The notes below the pieces were generated by a model. The model did no database searches, was not told the DNA's origin, and was given only the letters and a program-made list of their open reading frames with translations. A stretch of 64,000 bases of DNA from the human T2T-CHM13v2.0 reference genome, Homo sapiens, in assembly GCF_009914755.1 (NCBI RefSeq), contig NC_060933.1; one strand, 5' to 3'. Positions 1-31,872 of this stretch are shown one piece after another; positions within the stretch are counted from its first letter, which is position 1; each line of letters begins with the position of its first letter. A program made the position numbers and the translations under genes.

Positions 1-22
1 GAAACTCCATCTCAAAAAAAAA

Positions 23-430
23 AGTATAGCTTACTGTGCCTAAAGTGCATAAACAATATGGTTTATGCTGGACACTTGCTTTCTTTATGAGATCTGGGCT
101 TTTAGTGTGTGCTAGGCAGAGGATGTCTGTTGACTAGCCCCATTAAGACTTCGGGCACTGAGTTTCTAATAGGTTTCTCTGATAGACAACATTTAACATA
201 TCGCAAATTATTACTGAAGAATTACAGAGTCATGTGTGACTGTTGAGAAAGAATTCTTGGAATTTTGTGTCTGGTTTCCTCCAGACTTGTCTCTCAAACC
301 ATTTCCCTTTACTGATTTTGTTTTGCATCCTTTCACTATAATAATCATAGCCATGCGTATAACTATATGATGAGGTTTATGAGTCCTTCTAGTGAATCAT
401 CATACTTGGGAGTGGTACTGGAGTCTGATG
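23..430 (+). mobile_element. ERVL-class LTR fragment (MER68/MER77/MER21-like)
   Basis: Motifs such as ATGGTTTATGCTG..CACTTGCTTTC and TGAGTCCTTCTAGTGAATCATC resemble recalled MER68-group LTR consensus; the subfamily is uncertain. Confidence 0.45.
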
Positions 431-529
431 CAGTTTGGCTCTGTGTCCTCACTCAAATCTCAGGTTAAATTTTAATTCTCAATATTGGGGGAGGGTCCTG
501 GTGGGAAGTGATTGGATCAGGGCGGTGGA

Positions 530-2612
<2,083 letters not shown>

Positions 2613-2879
2613 GCAGGTTTCCCTCATGCTATTTTTGTGATCCTGAGTTCTCACAAGATCTGATAGTTTAAAAGTATGTAGCACTTCCCTCTTGCTCACT
2701 TTTTCTCCTGCCACAATGTGAAGATTTGCTTGCTTCCCCTTCATCCTTCCACCATGATTGTAAGTTTCCTGAGGCCTCCCATCCATGCTTCCTGTACAGC
2801 CTGTGGAACTGTGAGTCAATTGAACCTTTTTTTTTCATAAATTACCCAGTCTCAGGTAGTTCTTTATAGCAGGGTCCCC

Positions 2880-6140
<3,261 letters not shown>

Positions 6141-6314
6141 GAAATAGAACCAGCATCAGTGTATGGAGGGGATTAATAGTCTTGAATATATGGAACCAGG
6201 TTTCAGGTTAAAAGCAGGATCTGTAAATCTCACTTGGGTGCTCTAGGACTGCTTCTTTCTGCCTTGACTGTGGTTAGTGGCTTAAGTTGGTTAGTGGGCA
6301 TGGCTGGCTGTTGA

Positions 6315-6545
<231 letters not shown>

Positions 6546-6608
6546 TGACTCAGAAAAACAGTTTTTTCCCCTATTCCCCCAGAGAATGCCTGGCTTTCAC
6601 AGTGCAGT

Positions 6609-6640
<32 letters not shown>

Positions 6641-6647
6641 CACATGC
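6609..6647. repeat. (TG)n(CG)n alternating purine-pyrimidine tract
   Basis: TGTG..TGCGCGCGTGCACATGC, 39 nt, potential Z-DNA. Confidence 0.85.
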
Positions 6648-6966
6648 TGTGAGCGTGTGGTGTGTCTGACACTGCATTTTTCAGGCCTGTTTACCCTGGC
6701 TGGGCTCCTCCTCTAAGGTTATCCTCCTTCAAAAGGAGGAATATTTTTATTGACTCAAGCACAGGGTAGAATCAACATACTGCCTTTAGGTCTAGGATCC
6801 CCTCCCTGTATGCATCCTTTCTTAGCATTCAGACATAGTTTACTCCACCCCTGCACCTCCCTACCACCTTCTGGGTTTATTGCATTCCTGGGTTGGCTCT
6901 GAGTTCTGAGATAGCCTCTTAAGCCACTAACTCAAGATCACCTTGGTTTTTTTTTCCTGTGAGTAG

Positions 6967-7062
6967 GAATTGCATTTTCCAAACCAAAACTCATCGAACA
7001 GCTGGAGCAAGGCGACGAACTTTGGAGAGAGGAGAACGAACATCTTCTGGACCTTTGTCCAG
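6967..7062 (+). CDS. ZNF169: ZNF169 KRAB-B exon
   Basis: gagtag|GAATTG...CCAG|gtgagt; 96 nt; encodes (G)IAFSKPKLIEQLEQGDELWREENEHLLDLCP; phase 1 at both ends. Confidence 0.95.
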
Positions 7063-7399
7063 GTGAGTGGGAAGCCCTGGGCAAGCGAGGGTGCAGGGCA
7101 GTGAGGAGCTCAGCAGGTAAGGAAGGAGGGGCTATCTTTGAGGTGCTAGGAGGAAGTTCTTCTTCAGGCCTCCTAGGCCACTGGTAAAGGCTGCATGGCA
7201 CTGCCTGCCTTCCACACTGTGTGCCTCCCCCCAGGACAGGGCACCCCTGGCATTCCATCTCCTTCCTCCATCAGGGAGCCTCACTCCTCACTTGGCTTCC
7301 TTTCTCGAGCACATTCAGGATTTCTCCATTCTTGGGCTCATGTGGTTGGCATGATCTTCAAAACAGTACCTGTCCTTTGAGACTAAGTCCCTGCCCCTG

Positions 7400-12740
<5,341 letters not shown>

Positions 12741-13806
12741 GAACTTAGTCAATAATTACCTAGGAGTTACGGTATCAACTTACGGAAGCTGAAAGCACTG
12801 CCAATTTCCAGAGCCTTTAATTTATACCATCATGGGAATTAGTATTATCTCCAATTGGCAGCCTATTTAAACCTAGAAACAAAATTTTTTGAAAAAGTCA
12901 ATTTGTATAGTTTTAACAGTTTTTGTGCATGGATAAGAATATGCTTAAGCCGAAATACGTATAATCCCTGAAACATCTTTATGCTAATGAGAAGTCATCT
13001 ATTATTAACTTTCAAACGCTGAGCTTCTCCTTAATTCACCAGATTTTTTTAAAAATCCTGGATTATTGAGCAAAACAGTGTACGTAGTGTTGTGCAATGC
13101 TATTCGGGGAATATACTTGGCTGCAGTCTTCCCAGAGGCTAGAGGACAGCACCTTCATTTGCCAGGAGGGCAGCATCAGGGATTCCTCTTCTTCAAGAGG
13201 ACTTAAGGGTGTCCATACAGTTCAGGAGACAACTCACATCAGGCTGATATGGAAGCTCCCTGGCCTAAAGCCTATTCCACACAGGAGCCAGTATCTCTTG
13301 CTACAGCTTATCTGATTCGTGGGTGCCCCTTACTTGAGTCACCACAGTCAAGGAAGCCCAAAGCATGGCTCCCCTTCAGATGCTAAGATCTTATTTATAG
13401 CACCTTCAAGATCATAATCAGTCTGTTTCTTAACTGCAGCTCAGACACCAAGTTCTTGGCTCTTGCATAAACAGCAGGCCGAACAAATGTTTCTCAGGCA
13501 AGGTTTAATAGGCTTGAGCTGGAGCAAAAGCAAGGGAGCGGCGCCCAAGAAAGGAAGATAAATGTGTAACTCTACTTGCAGCAATTTATAGAGCTGAAGC
13601 TGCCTGTGATGCTTTTTTGAACCTTTTAGTTTGGCTGATAGGACTAGTTTGTAGTGTGGGTTTTCTGTGCTGCAATAGAGCATGTAATGTGCCCCTGTGG
13701 GTTGGAAGATAAGTCTTTGTTGTGAACATCTGAAGAAAACTGCTGGGCAGGTATTACAATCCATGGTCACCTGTGGTGATTCTGACCAAGACTTTCTCTC
13801 TAGCAG

Positions 13807-15362
13807 AGCCTAGAACAGAATTCCAGCCAAGTTTTCCCCACCTGGTGGCCTTTTCTAGCTCGCAGCTCCTCAGACAATATGCGCTAAGTGGCCATCCCAC
13901 ACAGATCTTCCCAAGCTCATCTGCAGGAGGTGACTTCCAACTAGAAGCTCCAAGATGCTCTAGTGAAAAAGGAGAAAGTGGAGAGACAGAAGGCCCCGAC
14001 AGCTCATTAAGAAAGAGGCCAAGCAGAATTTCTAGGACATTCTTCAGCCCACATCAAGGTGACCCAGTAGAATGGGTAGAAGGGAACAGAGAAGGAGGAA
14101 CAGACCTTCGCCTGGCCCAAAGGATGAGTCTTGGGGGGTCAGACACAATGTTGAAGGGAGCAGACACTTCAGAATCTGGAGCAGTCATACGTGGAAACTA
14201 TAGACTGGGACTTAGCAAAAAGTCAAGCCTGTTCAGCCACCAGAAGCATCATGTGTGCCCTGAATGCGGGAGAGGCTTTTGCCAGAGATCAGACCTTATC
14301 AAGCACCAGAGGACACACACCGGGGAGAAGCCATACCTGTGTCCTGAGTGTGGGCGTCGGTTTAGCCAGAAGGCCTCCCTCTCCATACACCAGAGGAAGC
14401 ACTCGGGGGAGAAGCCGTATGTGTGCAGGGAATGTGGGCGACACTTCAGGTATACATCCTCTCTCACTAATCACAAGAGGATTCACTCCGGGGAGAGGCC
14501 CTTTGTATGTCAGGAGTGTGGGCGAGGCTTTCGCCAGAAGATAGCCCTCCTTCTACACCAGAGGACGCACTTGGAGGAGAAGCCCTTCGTGTGTCCTGAG
14601 TGTGGGAGAGGCTTTTGCCAGAAGGCATCACTCCTCCAGCACCAGAGCTCACACACAGGGGAGAGGCCCTTCCTGTGCCTTGAGTGTGGGCGTAGCTTCA
14701 GGCAGCAGTCACTCCTCCTTAGTCACCAGGTCACACACTCAGGAGAGAAGCCTTATGTCTGTGCTGAGTGTGGGCACAGCTTTCGCCAAAAGGTCACTCT
14801 CATCAGGCACCAGAGGACACACACAGGGGAGAAGCCTTACCTGTGCCCCCAGTGTGGGCGGGGTTTTAGCCAGAAGGTCACCCTCATTGGACACCAGAGG
14901 ACACACACAGGGGAGAAGCCCTACCTGTGCCCTGATTGTGGGCGTGGCTTTGGTCAGAAGGTCACCCTCATCAGACACCAGAGGACACACACAGGGGAGA
15001 AGCCTTATCTGTGCCCCAAGTGTGGGCGTGCATTTGGCTTTAAGTCGCTCCTCACCCGACACCAGAGGACACACTCAGAGGAGGAGCTTTACGTAGACAG
15101 GGTGTGTGGACAAGGACTTGGCCAGAAGTCACACCTTATCTCTGACCAAAGGACACACTCAGGAGAGAAGCCCTGCATTTGCGATGAATGTGGGCGCGGC
15201 TTTGGCTTTAAGTCTGCCCTCATCCGACATCAGCGGACCCATTCTGGGGAGAAGCCGTATGTCTGCAGGGAGTGTGGGCGTGGCTTTAGCCAGAAGTCTC
15301 ACTTGCATAGACACAGGAGGACCAAGTCTGGTCATCAGCTCCTACCCCAAGAGGTCTTCTGA
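13807..15362 (+). CDS. ZNF169: ZNF169 last coding exon: spacer plus 13 C2H2 fingers (2 degenerate)
   Basis: Acceptor ctctctagcag|AG; open frame to TGA at 15362; repeated Cxx[16 protein letters not shown]; phase-compatible with the KRAB-B exon. Confidence 0.97.
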
Positions 15363-15509
15363 CCTTTCCTTTCCCCGTGAGTGTGAAGCTGGCAGAAATC
15401 ACTAGTAAATGCTTCAGTTTCCTGAAATGGAATGGAAAAAAAAAAATGTTGCTTTCTTTCATCGATCATGAGATAGTTGATTTTTGGTTTACTTTCTATA
15501 TTCACAATT

Positions 15510-16990
15510 TGTCTTGGCTTGCTAGGGGTTCCATAACAAAGTACCCCAGGCTGGGTGATTTTGACAACGGAAATATATTTTCATATTTATGGAGGCTGGA
15601 AGTCCCAGATGAACGTATTGGTAGGTTTGGCTGCTGCTAAAGCCTCTCTGTTTGGCTTGCGGATGGCTGCTTTCTGGCCACGTCCTCACGTGGGCTTTTT
15701 TCTGTGTGTATGCTTTCCTGGTGTGGCTTCCTCCTCTTCTAGGGACACCAGTCATTTTGGATAGAGCCACAGCCACATGGCCTCGTTTAACCTTAATAAC
15801 CTTCCTAAAGGCCTTATCTCTAGATACAGTCACACTACACAGTTAGGACTTCAACATATGAATTTCTGGGAAACCCAATTTAGTCTATAACACTCCACTA
15901 CCAAAGTTCAGGTCCCTCAGACATTCAAAATACATTCACATGATCCCAACAGTCCCAAAATTCTTTACCCATTTCAACTTCAACTCTAGATCCAAAATCT
16001 CATTTAAATATCATCTAAATCAAGTGTGAATGAGACTTTAGGTACAATTCATCCTTAGGCAAAATTCTCCAGGTGTGATCCTGTGAAACCAGACAGATAT
16101 CTGCTTCCACAATATTCTACAATGGTGGGACAAGCAGAGGCTGGACTTCCCCATTCCAAAGGAAAGACATGAGAAAGAAATGAAGAATGATGGATCCCAA
16201 GCAAGTCTCAAACCTGGCAAGGCAACTTCCATTAGATTTTAAGTCTCGAGAATAATCCCCTTTGGCTCAGTGCTCTGCCTTCTGGGCCAACTGGATTGGC
16301 AGCCCTGCTTTTTAGGCTCACGGGAGCTGCAGTGTCGCTCCCTTGGCCCTTGGCAGCGGCTCCTGGCCCACTGAAATTGAGGAGGAGACACACTTGCCCT
16401 CTAGACCTGTACTCTCTGGGCCCATTAGAACCTTTGAGAATCACATTCTTCCCTTTTCTTGAAGATTAACGTGCGTTTGCAACTGGATAGCTCTATTGTA
16501 CCTTCCCGTAGAATCCCAGAAGTCTAACAGCCTGCCTTCATTTTTGTCCTGTCTCTTTCTCTATTCAGTTCAAGCTGGCAGCATTTCTGGTGAGATGGTT
16601 AATTGGTTCCATTCAGACCTATACTAATCTCTTTATCACATGGTTGTCCAGCCACACCCTAGTGTTCTTTCAAGAACATACTTTCTCATTTTTTGCAATG
16701 CGGACAGGCTGAGAATTTTCCAAATCTTTAAGTACTGGTTCTTTTTTGCTTAACAGTTCCTTCAATTTATCTTTCTCCTCTAATATTTTACTATAAGCAG
16801 CAAGGAGAAAACAGACTCCACTTGCATCACTTTGTGTAGAAATATCACCTGAATATTCTGCACTGCCTCACTCACAATTTCTATACTCCACAAAACACTA
16901 GAACGCAATTTGGGCAAGTCCTTTGCAAGGATTCCAGTTTCCCATTACCCATTCCTCATTTCTGTCTGAGACTTAACCACAATCACCTTA

Positions 16991-17028
<38 letters not shown>

Positions 17029-17693
17029 CCAAACATTTTGTAGATACGGGTTTTTGCTATGTTGCTTAGGCTGGTCTCATACACCTGGCCTCAAATGATC
17101 CTCCTGCTTTGCCCTCTCAAAGTGTGAGCCACCACACCCAGCCCAGAACCTTTTAACATCTACATTCCTACCAACAGTGTTTTAAAGGTCATCCAGGCTT
17201 TTCCTAACATGTGCCTCAGAACTCTTGTAGCTTCTTTCTACCGAGTACCCAGTTCCAAGTCACTTCCACATTTTAGGTTACAAAGCATCCCAATCACAGT
17301 ACCAAAATCTGTATTAATTTGCTAGGGCTGACATAAGAAAACACCAGACTGGGTGCCTTAAGCAATAGAATATTTATCTTCTCACAGTTCAGGAAACTGG
17401 AAGTCCTAGAATGAGGTGTTGGCAGGTTTGGTTTCTACTAAGGCCTCTCTCCTTGGCCTGCAGATGGCTGCCTTCCCTCTGTGGTGTCTCATAGCTTATT
17501 CTTTGTACACACACTTTCCTGGTGTCTCTCATTAAAAGGACACCAGTGATACTGGATTAGGGCAACACCCTAAAGACCTTGTTTTAACCTTAATTACAAC
17601 TTTAAATGTCCTGTATGCAAAAACAGTCACACTGGGGATTAGGGATTCAACATATGAATTTGGGTGGGGAGGGACACAATTTAGTCCATAACA
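15510..17693 (-). mobile_element. MLT1A/B MaLR provirus-like element: LTR 15510-15892, internal region, LTR 17310-17693
   Basis: Two related LTRs; the minus strand of the second starts TGTTATGGACTAAATTGTGTCCC..CATATGTTGAA. MaLR-internal-like sequence lies between, with an Alu monomer at ~17035-17143. Confidence 0.8.
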
Positions 17694-17933
17694 CTCTGCC
17701 TTCTGGACTTCCAAAATTCGTATCTAGCCGTGAGCGCCTGCCATAAGAGTGCTCTCTTGAATTCCTTTCCTTTCTCCATAAGTGTGAAGATGGCAGAAAT
17801 CAATAACAGATGTTCCACTTTCCTGATATGGAATGGAGGAAAAAGAGTTGCTTTCCTTCATTGATCATGAGATAGTTGGTTTATGCTTTACTTTCTGCAC
17901 AGTGGTCCTTTGTATTTTATGGTCTTTTGTTTT

Positions 17934-17939
17934 AATAAA
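17934..17939 (+). terminator. Candidate ZNF169 polyadenylation signal AATAAA
   Basis: AATAAA after a U-rich stretch, downstream of the duplicated 3' UTR block; usage not shown. Confidence 0.45.
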
Positions 17940-18945
17940 CTGCTTCTCTACAAAGCTGCATACCTGGCTATGTACCTCATTCACTGATACTTTGAGGAGA
18001 ACCCCAAGGCATTCAACCTCTTCGGAGACATGGAGGAATTACTCTGCGTATTTATTCTAGGCTACTGTCCTATGGGACAGGGATATTACGGTCTTCAACC
18101 TCACCTCTTCCTAAGTCTTCCATTGTCTGTGATGAGAGCCACTGGCCACATGCTCACCTTCCCTGATGCCAGATTGAAGGGCATTTATTCACATCCCTGT
18201 CATGTTAGCTATGCCTACGTGCCAGTGATCCAGCCCTTCAGCCACAACCTTCCTTAAAACTCCAATCAGGAGCTAAGGCTCTGAAGCCACCCACTCTTCT
18301 ATCCAGCCCAAGACACTGCCCCCTTAGTTATAGTCCCTCCTGTTCCCTGATCCCCAGAGCCCAAATGCCCCAGATCCTGACAAATGCCTACACCAAGAAT
18401 GGCCCTGGCCCTGTTCCTTCAGCACCGAATGTTTACTGCATGGTCAGTCTCCCCAGTGCTTGGAGCCACTGCTGGCTCAGAGGGGTTTTTCACCAGAATG
18501 AAAAGAGATTTTAGTTTGGAAGAATTTGCCTTGGGAGGATAGATGAAAGAAGAATGACAGATGGAGGTCACTGACCCCAGCATCTCAGCTGGAGACAGTC
18601 TTTGGGTTAGCTTTGGTGGGGATGCCCTGAGACCACTGGGGACAGCCCTTATCAACACATTTTCACTGAAGCCATTTTGCCTCAGCGAGTTATCCAGTGG
18701 CCAGAGCTGAAGTCACAAGGGAAGCGTGTGTGTGTGTGTGTGCACGTGAACGTGCACACGCATATGTGTGGTATGGGGTCATTTCATGCCAGCAGTTTAA
18801 AAATTTCTACTGAGAATATAAATAGAAGTAATAACCATTCCAGCATATATATTGACCTTGTACTTGAAAGTGTTTTTCCATAATGGAAGTTTCTATGGCC
18901 ATTCACCCAAAATGGACCTGATAAATGATATATAAATAAAAAACA

Positions 18946-24340
<5,395 letters not shown>

Positions 24341-24674
24341 TCCTTTCCTTCTCATTTTTATGTAATTAAAGCTTATACTATAGACACATTAGATTAAAAT
24401 TCAATTACACTTGTTTAGTTACATTGTATAGGTTGTTCAAGTATCATTGGAGCAAACTTTTCAAATATTAACTTTATGTAGTGGTTGTCAGTCTTTTGCA
24501 CTTGTAGAGTGGCAAGTAAAAAATACCCTGAAAATATGGCCCTCAGGCCGCTGGAGAAGCTCACAGAGACAGAAATAGTGGGAATTTTCTGATTCCTCAG
24601 TGCTCATTACTTTCTAGGCCAGCACACAGGGATCCAACAAAGCCAGAGTTAGTGTTCATTAAAGGGCAGTGGGA

Positions 24675-25284
24675 TAGAAGGATGGAGAATGCCCTGGTAT
24701 CACCTAGCTGGTTCTAATGACCCATGCAGGATCCCATGGTATAAGCTGGCTTGTAACATAACTCGTTCAAGACTCCTTCTGTGCATTAATGAGCGAATCT
24801 GTATTTGAACATGTTCACATGAACAGATTGGAAGAGACGATAAATTTACCATGAGCAATCCCTTTAGGATTGGTTTTAGGAACTTACTGATCCTGTATTC
24901 ATGTTGGGCATTTGTCTGTTGTATTTGCTGTCACAGAATGTCTTTTAATCCCAAATACGCTTCTACAGATCCATCCAATACAAGTCCCTAGTCGTGATCT
25001 TTGGAATGAAGTAATACATTTCAAAGAACATTAGAAGGAAGGACTATGGCAGGAGAGATGGAATTGGTCCTTCAGAGGACTGGGATGAAGATGAGAAATG
25101 AACCAGCATTAGGACAGCCTTAGTCTCAATACATTTGCCTAACATAAGTTCAAAGGGCACAGTTGTATGCACAAAGTATCCTTGATGACATCATAACTCA
25201 GAATTCAGTAAAACAGCTCATCAGGTCCCTCACAGGGGATGTGCTAGGGTGGTGGCCACTCTTGAGACTCTGTGCCCAGTGATG
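24675..25284 (+). repeat. Diverged local direct duplication, copy 1
   Basis: Aligns by eye with 30172-30804; shares the identical 30-mer ATGACATCATAACTCAGAATTCAGTAAAAC. Confidence 0.85.
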
Positions 25285-25289
25285 AAAAA

Positions 25290-26689
<1,400 letters not shown>

Positions 26690-26690
<1 letters not shown>

Positions 26691-27275
26691 AAATACATAT
26701 ATATAAATAAAATATATATTTTCTTTTTATTTTATATATAATATATTTTTCTTTTTCTTTTTCTTTATTTTATATTATATCTAATTTATATATTATATAT
26801 TATATATATTATATCTAATTTATATATTATACATTATATATATTATATCTAATTTATATATTATACATTATATATATTATATCTAATTTATATATTATAT
26901 ATTATATATATTATATCTAATTTATATATTATATATTATATATATTATATCTAATTTATATATTATATATTATATATATTATATCTAATTTATATATTAT
27001 ATATTATATATATTATATCTAATTTATATATTATATATTATATATATTATATCTAATTTATATATTATATATTATATATATTATATCTAATTTATATATT
27101 ATATATTATATATATTATATCTAATTTATATATTATATATTATATATATTATATCTAATTTATATATTATATATTATATATATTATATCTAATTTATATA
27201 TTATATATTATATATATTATATATAATTTATATATTATATATTATATATATTATATTATATATTATATATATTAT

Positions 27276-27309
<34 letters not shown>

Positions 27310-29140
27310 ATTTATATATTATATATTATATATATTATATATAATTTATATATTATATATTATATATATTATATATAATTTATATATTATATATTATATA
27401 TATTATATATAATTTATATATTATATATTATATATATTATATATAATTTATATATTATATATTATATATATTATATATAATTTATATATTATATATTATA
27501 TATATTATATATAATTTATATATTATATATTATATATATTATATATAATTTATATATTATATATTATATATATTATATATAATTTATATATTATATATTA
27601 TATATATTATATATAATTTATATATTATATATTATATATATTATATATAATTTATATATTATATATTATATATATTATATATAATTTATATATTATATAT
27701 TATATATATTATATATAATTTATATATTATATATTATATATATTATATATAATTTATATATTATATATTATATATATTATATATAATTTATATATTATAT
27801 ATTATATATATTATATATAATTTATATATTATATATTATATATATTATATATAATTTATATATTATATATTATATATATTATATATAATTTATATATTAT
27901 ATATTATATATATTATATCTAATTTATATATTATATATTATATATATTATATCTAATTTATATATTATATATTATATATATTATATCTAATTTATATATT
28001 ATATATTATATATATTATATCTAATTTATATATTATATATATATATATATATATTATATATTATATATATATATATATATAATTTATATATTATATATTA
28101 TATATAATTTATATATAATTTATATAATATATATTATATATAATTTATATATTATATATTATATATAATTTATATATTATATATTATATATAATTTATAT
28201 ATTATATATCATTTATATATTATATATTATATATAATTTATATATTATATATGATATATATTATATATAATTTATATATTATATATGATATATATTATAT
28301 ATAATTTATATATTATATATTATATAAATTATATATAATTTATATATTATATATTATATAAAATATATAAATTATATATAATTTATATATTATATATTAT
28401 ATATAATATATATATTATATATAATATATAATTTATAAATTATATATAATATATATTTTATATTATATAATATATATAATATTATATAATATATATAATA
28501 TATTATATAATATATAATATATAATATATTATATATATATAATATATTTATATTATATAATATGTATAATATATTATATAATATAAATATATTATATATT
28601 ATATATTACATAATATATATTATATAAATATTATATATATATTATATATATTATATAATATATATATAATATATATTATATAATATATATAATATATTAT
28701 ATAATATATATTATATATTATATATATATTATATATATTATATAATATATTATATAATATATATTATATAAATATAATATAATATATATTATATAATATA
28801 TTATATAATATATTATATATTATATAATATATAATATAATATATATTATATAATATATAATATAATATATATTATATAATATATAATATAATATAAAATA
28901 TAATATATTATATAATATAAAATATAATATATTATATTATATAAAATATATTATATTATATAAAATATATTATATATTATATTTTATATAATATAATATA
29001 ATATATTTTATATATTATATAATATAACATATATTATATTATATATTATAATATATAAAATATATTATAATATAAAATATATATTATATATTATAATATA
29101 TAATAAAATATATATTATATATTATAATATATATATAATT
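26690..29140. repeat. ~2.45-kb AT-rich minisatellite; 34-bp unit ATAT(C/A)TAATTTATATATTATATATTATATATATT (~35 units to ~28050), then degenerate A/T
   Basis: CTAATTT recurs every 34 nt (26781, 26815, 26849 ... 27189; 27919 ... 28021), with A-variant units between. Confidence 0.97.
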
Positions 29141-30085
<945 letters not shown>

Positions 30086-30171
30086 AAAGAAAACACATCA
30101 GTGGACGTGAATGCAGGATGTCTTATGAATGCTCACACAGAAGCTCCCATTCCTGAGGAATGCAGGGAAAA

Positions 30172-30804
30172 GCAGAAGATGGAGTAGGAGTTGGCATGGC
30201 CCAGCTAGCTCAGATGACACACGATGGTCCCAGTGGCATGACTTGGTTTGTGCGATTTGTGCTTTGGGGTTTTATTTTGGCACATTATAAAGGAGTAAAG
30301 CCTGTATACAGTCAGTTTCTGTCTATTCTAATGAAGGGCAAGGGGATGAAGGGATTTACCTTGAGTAACCATCCACTTAACATTTATTAGGAATCTTGTG
30401 ATCCTATCGTCACCCGTGAGATTTCTATGTTGTTTGTGTTTAATGTCAGAGAATATCTTTTAATCGCTCATACAGTTTATGCAAATACCGTATACGTGAT
30501 AAACGTCCCTACAACATGATCTTTGGAATGAACTAAGACAAAGGAAACTCTGAGGAAGGACCATGGCCTGAGAGGTGGAATTCATCCTTCCGAGGACTGA
30601 GATGAGGACGGAAAATGAACCATCGGTAAATACAACCTTAGTCCGGATACATTTGCCTAAAATGAGCTCAAAGGGCACAAGTGTGCAGACAAAGCATGCT
30701 CAATGACATCATAACTCAGAATTCAGTAAAACCCAGCGTATCAGCTCCCTCACAGGGGATGTGCCAGGGTGGGGGCCACTGTTGAGAGTCTGCACCCAGT
30801 AATG
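30172..30804 (+). repeat. Diverged local direct duplication, copy 2
   Basis: Aligns with 24675-25284. Confidence 0.85.
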
Positions 30805-31486
30805 GTCAGGGACTCAGTGACAATGACTCTGGCAGCCCTGGCCGGGTATCAGCCGATTGGCCAGGAGGGGGCAGCCTGGCCCAGATCCCCCAAACCAGGT
30901 GACTCTCACTAACATTGCCCAGGGCACCAAGACCTGAAGGACATCATGGGATGCTGAAGTTAGAATCAAAGTGCAGCTACAAAAGGGCAGCCACCTGGAG
31001 CAAGTCCATCCTGGTAGCTGTCAGAAAGCACTGCATGTTTACTAACGGGGGCCGGCCTTGCTCACATTGTCAGATGGAGTTTCTCAGGAGGCCATGGCTT
31101 CTTCAGGGATCTGTTGTCCAGTGGTGAAGGGAGTGGTTTCTGGAGGCAAACCTGCCCGGGGCCGCCCCAACTGCACTGGCTCCCAGAGAGTGACCTGGCT
31201 GCGTGAGCAGGGAGACCAAACCCACCGAGAGCCTCAGCATACCCCCAGCACCTGCTGTGAGCAAGCTGCTTGGCTTCCCCAAGTGTGGATATGACGATGT
31301 CATGGGTGTTTACAGATTCCCTTGCACTGTGTCCCACAGCAGTACTGGTTCACGTGTGATACACTGCACTTGGGGTGGAGGTGTGCTGACAGTTGTAAAG
31401 AGCCGAGCCTTTCTTCATTCTTTCCCATGGCTCTGATACAGTTTCCAGATACCAGTCAGGAAGGAAGTTCCTGAGATGATGGACCT

Positions 31487-31872
31487 TGTCCTAGTCACAT
31501 AGGGCTGCTAGGACAAAGTGTCCTAGACTTGGTGGGTGGGGGAGGCGGTGCGTATTAAGAAACAAAATGTATTTGTCAGTCTGGAGGCTGGAAGTCTGAC
31601 GTTAGGGTCACAGCAAGGTGAGGTTCTGGTGAGGGCTCTCTTCCTGGCTTGCAGACGGCTGCCTTCTCACTGTGTCCTCATGTCAGGGAGAGAGAGAGAG
31701 TGCTGGGATCTCTGCTTCTTACCATGGCCCTAATCCCATCATTAGGGCCCCACCCTCATGTTCTCTTCTAACCCTGAATAACTCCCAAAGGCCCCATCTC
31801 CAAATACCATCACGTTAGGAGTTAGGGCTTCACCACAGGAACTGGGCGGGGGGGACACATGTTAAGTCCATC
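31487..31872 (-). mobile_element. MLT1-type MaLR LTR
   Basis: CTGGAGGCTGGAAGTC..GGTTCTGGTGAGGGCTCTCTTCCTGGCTTGCAGACGGCTGCCTTCTC..CTCCAAATACCATCAC. Confidence 0.8.

Noticed and set aside
14191-15405. Alternative-frame and antisense ORFs over the zinc-finger exon
   Set aside because: By-products of the repetitive C2H2 coding sequence
18440-18535. Minus-strand segment faintly like a KRAB-B exon (TCTTCCAAACTAAAA)
   Set aside because: Similarity is too short, there is no KRAB-A partner and the donor is weak
25180-25240. CUGAUGA on the minus strand, suggesting a hammerhead ribozyme or C/D snoRNA
   Set aside because: No stem II/GAAA core or terminal D box, and the motif is absent from the duplicated copy at ~30740
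31182-31213. 16-mer CCCAGAGAGTGACCTG shared with the NUTM2F upstream region (~44298)
   Set aside because: Flanks do not align convincingly by eye; cannot be told from chance without a computed alignment
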